Positions 31,878 to 36,854 of a stretch of 36,854 bases of DNA are shown piece by piece. This stretch comes from Planctomycetota bacterium. GTDB taxonomy: Bacteria; Planctomycetota; Brocadiia; SM23-32. The first letter of the stretch is position 1. Each line of letters starts with the position of its first letter. The stretch spans positions 1 to 36,854 of the forward strand of contig DAOVRD010000002.1 in the NCBI GenBank assembly GCA_030628375.1. Direction: 5' to 3'. The notes under the pieces were generated by a model. That model was given only the letters and a program-made list of their open reading frames with translations, ran no database searches and was not told where the DNA came from. Made by a program: the position numbers and the translations under genes.

Positions 31878-32639
31878 ATGGCCGCCGGGGCTTTTCCGAC
31901 CATCAAAGCCCTCGTCTTCGCGGTTATACACGCGAACCGAGGCCGAGTCGATTACGCATCGCTGGAGGAAGCTGTACTCGCTCATTTCCCCGACAGCGCC
32001 TTCAAAAAAACGCACTGGTCATGGTATCGGTATCAGTCCACAAAAGGCCGGTTCGCTGACGAATTCAGCACCCCTGAGAAGCAGAACCTGACCAACTCGG
32101 GGCGCAGCCGCAAGAGACACAGCAAAGCCTCGATAACGCCACAAGCGCCATCGTCGTCAGAGGTGAAGACGATTCCAATCTCCGACGAGACCTTGGCCGC
32201 CACCAAATCAGTAATCCGGGCAGCGCTTCGTTACGAGCGGGTGACTGGCGGTACTCGCAAGGTAGGGATAACGGGTGAGGTCGGCGAAGTCCTTGCGTGC
32301 CACCAACTTGGGCTGCGACTGGCTGTCGACCCCCGGAGCCAGGGATTCGACGCGGTGGATGCTGATGGCAAACACGTTCAGATCAAGACCCGAAGGAGCG
32401 AATCGGCAGGACTTCCGCGGAACGCCGGCCGGTTGAGCAGGTTTTCCAAGCATCCTTTCGACTACGCCTTGCTGGTGCTTCTGGACCGCCAGTATCGTTT
32501 GGCGGAGATATGGCGCGCGGATTTCGAGGACCTGCTACCGCTCGTTGACAAGGAGAAGCGCCGCAATCCGAGCCTTTCGGCGTTCAAGCGAGCGGCAAAC
32601 CGCATCTGCACGGTCGCACTGCAGGAAGACCCCCAGTAG
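31878..32639 (+). CDS. Mrr-like PD-(D/E)XK nuclease-fold protein with an N-terminal small (wHTH-like?) domain and a basic linker
   Basis: The track ORF starts at 31836. GAGGGAGG precedes the ATG at 31878. C-terminal ITGEVGEVLACHQLGLRL..SQGFDAVDADGKHVQIKTRR..FDYALLVLLD shows an E...D...QxK arrangement as in Mrr-type catalytic domains (nt about 32343-32396). Lower GC than flanking genes. Confidence 0.7.
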   Translation: MAAGAFPTIKALVFAVIHANRGRVDYASLEEAVLAHFPDSAFKKTHWSWYRYQSTKGRFADEFSTPEKQNLTNSGRSRKRHSKASITPQAPSSSEVKTIPISDETLAATKSVIRAALRYERVTGGTRKVGITGEVGEVLACHQLGLRLAVDPRSQGFDAVDADGKHVQIKTRRSESAGLPRNAGRLSRFSKHPFDYALLVLLDRQYRLAEIWRADFEDLLPLVDKEKRRNPSLSAFKRAANRICTVALQEDPQ

Positions 32640-32652
32640 ACGAGGCGGGAAC

Positions 32653-33186
32653 ATGGTTGACGACGAGAGACTTCACTTGCGATTCTCTAAGGAACAGATC
32701 GCTTTGTGGTCAGGTAGGTACGAATTCGGTGCTGACGAGGAGATACAGAGAGCAATCGGTCCACGTGTCAAGGCGGCAGGTTACTTCACGAAGGACGACT
32801 TCCTGAAAGTGTGCGAGTGGAAGACTCCACGAACCCAGACGCACTGCAGGAAGAACGCCCCCGAGTTCATTCGGGAAACGACGCGCACGGCCCTTGCGAC
32901 GCCTTCAGAGCGGCTCCGTGTGGAAGTCCTAACGCTGCTGGATGGGGTAAGGTGGGCGACCGCTTCAGTCCTGCTTCACTTTGGACATGTGGACCCATAC
33001 CCCATCATGGACTACCGAGCGCTCTGGTCCCTCAGCATCACCAAACGACCCTACCCGTATGATTTCGCGTTCTGGTGGGGTTACACACAGTTCTGTCGCG
33101 AGCTTGCCGAAGAATGCGGCGTCACCATTCGCGTTGTCGACCGAGCACTCTGGCAGTTCTCAAAAGAGAATCAACCCGGCGAGTGA
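32653..33186 (+). CDS. Hypothetical protein, OGG/HhH-glycosylase-fold-like (tentative)
   Basis: The track ORF starts at 32545, but its first 36 residues are Arg/Ser junk. The ATG at 32653 lies 13 nt after the upstream stop. CEWKTPRTQTHCRKNAPEFIRETT..LLDGVRWATASVLLHFGHVDPYPIMDYRALWSL resembles the WK.PR...N / GVg.a.AS.iLhf..P..yPi.D.R pattern of OGG-fold proteins as I recall them. Unverified. Confidence 0.6.
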   Translation: MVDDERLHLRFSKEQIALWSGRYEFGADEEIQRAIGPRVKAAGYFTKDDFLKVCEWKTPRTQTHCRKNAPEFIRETTRTALATPSERLRVEVLTLLDGVRWATASVLLHFGHVDPYPIMDYRALWSLSITKRPYPYDFAFWWGYTQFCRELAEECGVTIRVVDRALWQFSKENQPGE

Positions 33187-33640
33187 CGGAAGTCGTGAAA
33201 CCGTTCACTTCGATCACGGCTGCCAGAAGCAAGTGTGGATTCGGAAGCACATGTGAACGAATGAGTTGCCAACGGGCACAACCTAACAGTCGTTACGAAG
33301 AGTGTTACAGTTGGGGAGCCGATCATTTCCGTCCTAACTCCCACTCGGCCGTCGGTTAACAGGCTGGTTCGGTTCGGACCCCGAATGCAACGCTGTTCGA
33401 ACTGACCCGTTGTTGGGCGTCGGGCACACGGCCATCACCCGTGGGCAGAGCTCTTGCACCACTCACTCAAGTATCCATCCCCGGGAAACGAGCGGCAGCG
33501 GCAGACTACGAAGTTGCGCGCCCTCTGGAGTGTGCCGTGATTCATCCCTTGCACGTCTTGTCGAGGGTCACGATCCTGCCGTAGTTCACCCATGTGACCG
33601 CTTACGCCTACGCTCTGCTGTACGTCGGACCGACCCGCCC

Positions 33641-35122
33641 TCAGGTGCCCGCAGGCTGGACGAGCACCGCCCAGAAAGCGCCCGAGGGCGCGGTCAGTGG
33701 CATGCGGTTCCCGGCCGGCTTGCGTTCCTCGTACGTCCAGCGGGATGCACGGACGTCCAACCACCGCAACCGTACATCGCCCTCGACGGCCGAGCAGTCC
33801 AACTGCACGGCGCCCCCGTTCGGGAAGCAGACGGCATACGCGCGGCCGGGGTCGGCCAGGCAGTAGGCCTCCAGGCCCCAGCCCATCGCGTCGCGCGTCA
33901 GTTCCGGCTGGTCGCTGCTCCGGCAGAGTTCCACCAGGCGGCTCATGCCCCAGTGCATGTCGTCGTCGAGCAGGTCCGGACGCGGTTCGCAGGTGAAGAC
34001 GCCCAGCTCGTCGGTGAACGTGCGCATGCTGCGGATGTGGCTCTGGGCCACCTCGTTGAGGCCGAGCCCGGAGGTCGGACGGTGGAAGCGCACCGCGGAG
34101 ACGCCAGCGAACACGTTCCGCCAGAAGCGGTTCTCACCGGCAACTGGTGGGCCGGCGTGCGAGTGCGTGGGCTCGGCGCCGTAGACCTTGTCGCAGTTGA
34201 CGGGCCTGGGCTTACCGCGTTCTTCGAGCTGGCGCCGGACCCACAGCGTGGCCTCGTAGTGCGTGCGCCCGAGCTGAGTGTTCGTGTTCGATATGTCAAC
34301 GAAGCTGTAGAGGTCGGGGTTCTCAAGGGTCACGCGCACGCAAGAGCGCATCAGGTAGTCGCGACGGTCCGCCTGGATGCGAATGCCCGGAATGGCGCCG
34401 TCGGTGGGGTCCCACATGTTCCACATCTCGGTCACCTCGACCGTGCGGCCCTGCCGTGCGGCGGCCGCCTTGACGAACTCCGCCCAGTAGCGGCTCCACT
34501 CCGGGTGCGTGTTCGTCTCGTTGTTCATGCAGTAGAGCACGTGGTCGTAATCGAGCGAGATGGCCAGCACCCTCTCCGCGAAGGCCTCCTGGTAGCGGCG
34601 GACGACGGGCAGGTCCTTCAGTGCGGGCACGCTCTCGAAGAAAGGCTGTATCAGGGTGTTCTGGCGGTAGTCAACGACTTCCTGGAAGCCGGACTCTTCG
34701 GCGGTGTAGTTGACGTTGTTCTTCGGGTTGAACGGGTGGGCAACCCAGAAACTGTAGTAGTCATACGTGGCCCAAAGTTCGATCTGGACGAAGATCTCAC
34801 GCTGGGCTGTCAGGTCCAACAGCGCACGGAACTTATCCCAGTACTCGTCGTGCCATCGGTCCAGATCGTAAAGGCCGGTGGCTCCGTCCTGGGCGAAGGC
34901 GTGGATGTTCCCCGGATCGCGGGAGGACATCGTGCAGCGCACAAAGTTGCCGCCCACCGATTGCAGCAGGTCGAGATGCTCCTGGAGATCCGGGATCTGG
35001 AAGAGGTTGTCCTCAACGGAGCCGCCCAGCAGCAGAACCGGGCGGCCCCTGTACTGCCAGTAGAACGGGTTGGCGTCGTACGGCTGGATGCGGCCGTTAT
35101 CCTCGTTGCGGGTTCGCGCCAT
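33641..35122 (-). CDS. Glycoside hydrolase-like TIM-barrel protein (clan GH-A/GH5-like) with C-terminal beta-domain
   Basis: 493 aa with balanced composition, unlike the 596-aa antisense ORF. NPFYWQYRGRPVLLLGGSVEDNLFQ, IFVQIELWATYDY, and VLYCMNNETN (Asn-Glu acid/base-type motif). GGAG Shine-Dalgarno 8 nt upstream. Confidence 0.82.
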   Translation of the reverse strand: MARTRNEDNGRIQPYDANPFYWQYRGRPVLLLGGSVEDNLFQIPDLQEHLDLLQSVGGNFVRCTMSSRDPGNIHAFAQDGATGLYDLDRWHDEYWDKFRALLDLTAQREIFVQIELWATYDYYSFWVAHPFNPKNNVNYTAEESGFQEVVDYRQNTLIQPFFESVPALKDLPVVRRYQEAFAERVLAISLDYDHVLYCMNNETNTHPEWSRYWAEFVKAAAARQGRTVEVTEMWNMWDPTDGAIPGIRIQADRRDYLMRSCVRVTLENPDLYSFVDISNTNTQLGRTHYEATLWVRRQLEERGKPRPVNCDKVYGAEPTHSHAGPPVAGENRFWRNVFAGVSAVRFHRPTSGLGLNEVAQSHIRSMRTFTDELGVFTCEPRPDLLDDDMHWGMSRLVELCRSSDQPELTRDAMGWGLEAYCLADPGRAYAVCFPNGGAVQLDCSAVEGDVRLRWLDVRASRWTYEERKPAGNRMPLTAPSGAFWAVLVQPAGT

Positions 35123-35180
35123 GGGCCAAGCTCCTCAACGGATGAGTCGAAAGGGCCAACAGCTTGCAGGCATCGCCGGA

Positions 35181-35996
35181 TCAGCCGCCCTCGCCGGTGA
35201 AGGATATCATGCTGCATCGGGTCATCGTGGTGCGACGGCGCGTTCCAGGAGCGTTCGCCAGGTGCCAGAAGGTGTACTGCTCGGCATAGGCATCGCCGGC
35301 CGACATGCCGTCAACCGGAACGATGACGTCGAACCCCCGCAGCGCCGCACCGGTCGCCGTGTGCAGGACCGCCCCGTGGGCTGATGTGCCGACCAGGATC
35401 ACTGCCCGGACGCCCCTCGTCCGAAGCAACTCCTCCAGTTCCGTCTGGTGGAACTTGTCCACGCTCGACTTCACGACCGGCTCGCCCGCCCGGAGAGCCA
35501 GTTCCTCCCGGATATCGGTAGCTGCACCGCCGCCCGTCAGGCTGTAGATCACGGGCGCACCGGCCGCCCGAGCGGCGTCCAACAGCCGCCGCACCCTGGG
35601 GATGGAAGCAACGCAGCGGGGCCTCCGCTCGCGATTGCAGTTCCGGTTCTGCATGTCAAGCACGAGCAGTGCCGTCTCCTGCGGGTCAGCGGCCACTTCC
35701 CGCAGCTCCGGGGGTGCGGGGGCCTCCACGTCCGGCCATTCCTCAATTATGGTGCGTTCCGAGCCCTCCATCGCGGGCCCCTCCTGAGCTAATCCTGACG
35801 AGTCTGTGGCCGGCACGCGGCAACTCGCGACACACAGAACCATTAACAGAACGAGGACGCCCGTCACCGTCCTCCCCAAGGCCTTTGCCGTCCCTCCAAG
35901 TGTTCCCACGACGCCCACCAGGTCCGCGCAGCTCGACCCGGCCACCTTCTTCGACAGGTCATCCACCCGCTGCGCCTTCGTCATCGCCTTGGCCAC
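35181..35996 (-). CDS. Isochorismatase-family hydrolase-like protein, catalytic Cys position apparently Ala; possible lipoprotein leader or shorter cytoplasmic form
   Basis: TALLVLDMQNRNC, VKSSVDKFHQTELEELLRTRGVRAVILVGTSAHGAVLHTATGAALRGFDVIVPVDG. In the usual G..t..CV..Ta motif the Cys aligns to Ala. Long form: leader with VLVLLMVLCVAS-C lipobox-like. Short form: ATG at 35771 preceded by AGGAGGGG (6-nt spacer), 196 aa. Confidence 0.82.
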   Translation of the reverse strand: MAKAMTKAQRVDDLSKKVAGSSCADLVGVVGTLGGTAKALGRTVTGVLVLLMVLCVASCRVPATDSSGLAQEGPAMEGSERTIIEEWPDVEAPAPPELREVAADPQETALLVLDMQNRNCNRERRPRCVASIPRVRRLLDAARAAGAPVIYSLTGGGAATDIREELALRAGEPVVKSSVDKFHQTELEELLRTRGVRAVILVGTSAHGAVLHTATGAALRGFDVIVPVDGMSAGDAYAEQYTFWHLANAPGTRRRTTMTRCSMISFTGEGG

Positions 35997-36222
35997 CGTG
36001 GCCCTCTTTGAGCGTTGCTCGGTAACGGATCGCTCCTCGCCACCCCGATGCCACAGAGCATACGTTCAAGCGACCCGGCGTGCAACGGCCGATAGAACGC
36101 ACTCCTTCCAGGCGGCCTGGGCGATGGAGGCGAGCCCTTTCACTGAAGCTTTGGCTCCACAGAGGGGGACCGCATGGCGGCGCTCCCTCTCAGCTTTTTT
36201 GGGGGAGAAGTCCATCTTTTCC

Positions 36223-36230
36223 TGTATAAT
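36223..36230 (+). promoter_or_regulatory. Extended -10 element (TGTATAAT), candidate promoter of the Flp-like gene
   Basis: TGnTATAAT match about 120 nt upstream of the ATG at 36352. No convincing -35. Confidence 0.3.
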
Positions 36231-36351
36231 AGGAAGGGGAGCAAGGTGCGTCTCCAGCGAGGCCGTGAAGGCTCTCGCGCTGGGCGGCTACCAACTGCTT
36301 TCACTGGCCGGTCAGCGTCTCGTTGCTTCACTGCTGTTGAAGGAGACGCCC

Positions 36352-36854
36352 ATGCGTCAGTTGAGACGGTCTGCCGACGATCGTCGCGGTCAGTCCATGG
36401 TCGAATACGTGCTGCTCTTGTGCCTTGTGGCTGCGGTAATTGTTACAGTACTGACGCTCCTGGGCGAGAGAGTATCCGACACCGCCAGCACCGCAGCTGG
36501 CGCCCTGGAGGAGCCAGAGGCGCTGGAAACATTGCACGTCAACCGCATTCGATTGAGCCTCTCCAGGACCCGCATCGAAGCGAGGGCGGACATCAGAGTC
36601 AAAGACGATGACGGGCGCAATGTCCCAGGGGCAATCGTCAGCGTAACATGGTCGGTCAACGGGGGCTCAGTGGGAACTGACTCAGCCGCCACCGACCGAC
36701 GAGGAAGGGTCCGCATCAACTACGAGAACAACGAACTAGTGTCGCGTCCCGGAATTAACTTGTACGGGTGTGGCGCCCGGGGTATAATGGGCTCGTTCCG
36801 TTTTGCCCAGGAGGATGCCCATGAGAACCGGTCGTCCGAAAACGCCCCTGACGC
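36352..36854 (+). CDS. Flp/Fap-type (type IVb/Tad) prepilin-like protein with an unusually long C-terminal extension; open to the window end
   Basis: Absent from the ORF track because there is no in-window stop. GAAGGAG lies 6 nt upstream. My translation: MRQLRRSADDRRGQSMVEYVLLLCLVAAVIVTVLTLLGERVSDTAS.., the Flp leader G/xxxxEY plus hydrophobic helix. It continues ..RADIRVKDDDGRNVPGAIVSVTWSVNGGSVGTDSAATDRRGRVRINYEN.. (beta-sandwich-like). The last about 40 codons may be read-through into a different element. Confidence 0.6.
   Translation, partial: MRQLRRSADDRRGQSMVEYVLLLCLVAAVIVTVLTLLGERVSDTASTAAGALEEPEALETLHVNRIRLSLSRTRIEARADIRVKDDDGRNVPGAIVSVTWSVNGGSVGTDSAATDRRGRVRINYENNELVSRPGINLYGCGARGIMGSFRFAQEDAHENRSSENAPD
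36821..36854 (+). CDS. Start of an unidentified gene (MRTGRPKTPLT...), possibly an HTH/IS630-like transposase N-terminus
   Basis: AGGAGG lies 6 nt upstream of the ATG at 36821 and TATAAT sits at 36783-36788. The frame differs from the Flp-like ORF. Only 11 codons are visible, and the M.TGRPK opening is reminiscent of IS630-family/HTH proteins. Confidence 0.25.
   Translation, partial: MRTGRPKTPLT

Noticed and set aside
33195-33359. GTG-initiated 54-codon Cys-containing small ORF (VKPFTSITAARSKCGFGSTCERMSCQRAQ..) in the non-coding tail of the islet
   Set aside because: Weak ribosome site, no recognisable family, and it lies in a region that looks like decayed foreign DNA. Cannot be supported without conservation or expression data.
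31698-33640. Flanking direct repeats or att sites for the two-gene islet
   Set aside because: Only a 7-nt shared string (AACGCTG) was seen near both borders, which is not significant. No integrase or tRNA is adjacent, so the insertion mechanism remains unknown.
33410-35200. 596-aa plus-strand ORF antisense to the GH-like gene
   Set aside because: The minus-strand 493-aa product has balanced composition, a ribosome site and GH-A type motifs. The plus-strand product is Arg/Val/Gly-rich with no features.

Overview
High-GC (about two-thirds G+C by eye) bacterial chromosomal fragment. It carries roughly 22 credible protein genes, one tRNA-Ala(GGC), dnaA with a roughly 0.8 kb lower-GC non-coding upstream region (candidate oriC), and several dispersed hairpin-repeat families. 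Gene content (giant PQQ-propeller/malectin exoprotein, ThuA, GH140/DUF4038, fused MFS-spermidine synthase-TPR, dnaA not followed by dnaN) is reminiscent of Planctomycetota/PVC-like uncultured lineages, but that lineage call is inference only. Housekeeping blocks: ispG-dxr-rseP operon, tsaC, dnaA, Fe/Mn SOD, PhoU-like. Two real genes are missing from the supplied ORF track because they run off the window ends: a PIG-L deacetylase at 1..759 (-) and an Flp-pilin-like gene from 36352 (+). Many very long ORFs (600-770 aa) are antisense shadows of real genes and were rejected. Best candidates for undescribed biology: (1) a tight 4-gene operon at 1438-9140: CPYS thioredoxin-fold bitopic protein, MacB/FtsX-type permease, ABC ATPase, and a 1545-aa exported PQQ-propeller/coiled-coil/SAM-methyltransferase/malectin protein. 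(2) A lower-GC two-gene islet at 31878-33186, splitting a glycoside-hydrolase neighbourhood: Mrr-like PD-(D/E)XK nuclease plus an OGG/HhH-fold-like protein, a candidate defence module. (3) An orphan NucS/DUF91-like nuclease with an unknown C-terminal half. (4) A signal-anchored Memo-AMMECR1 fusion lacking its radical-SAM partner, coupled to a PAS-PP2C phosphatase. (5) Three repeat families, including a hairpin element flanked by a 23-bp direct repeat and a 105-bp inverted pair bracketing 5.5 kb next to dnaA. All family assignments come from motif recognition by eye; no database search was possible.
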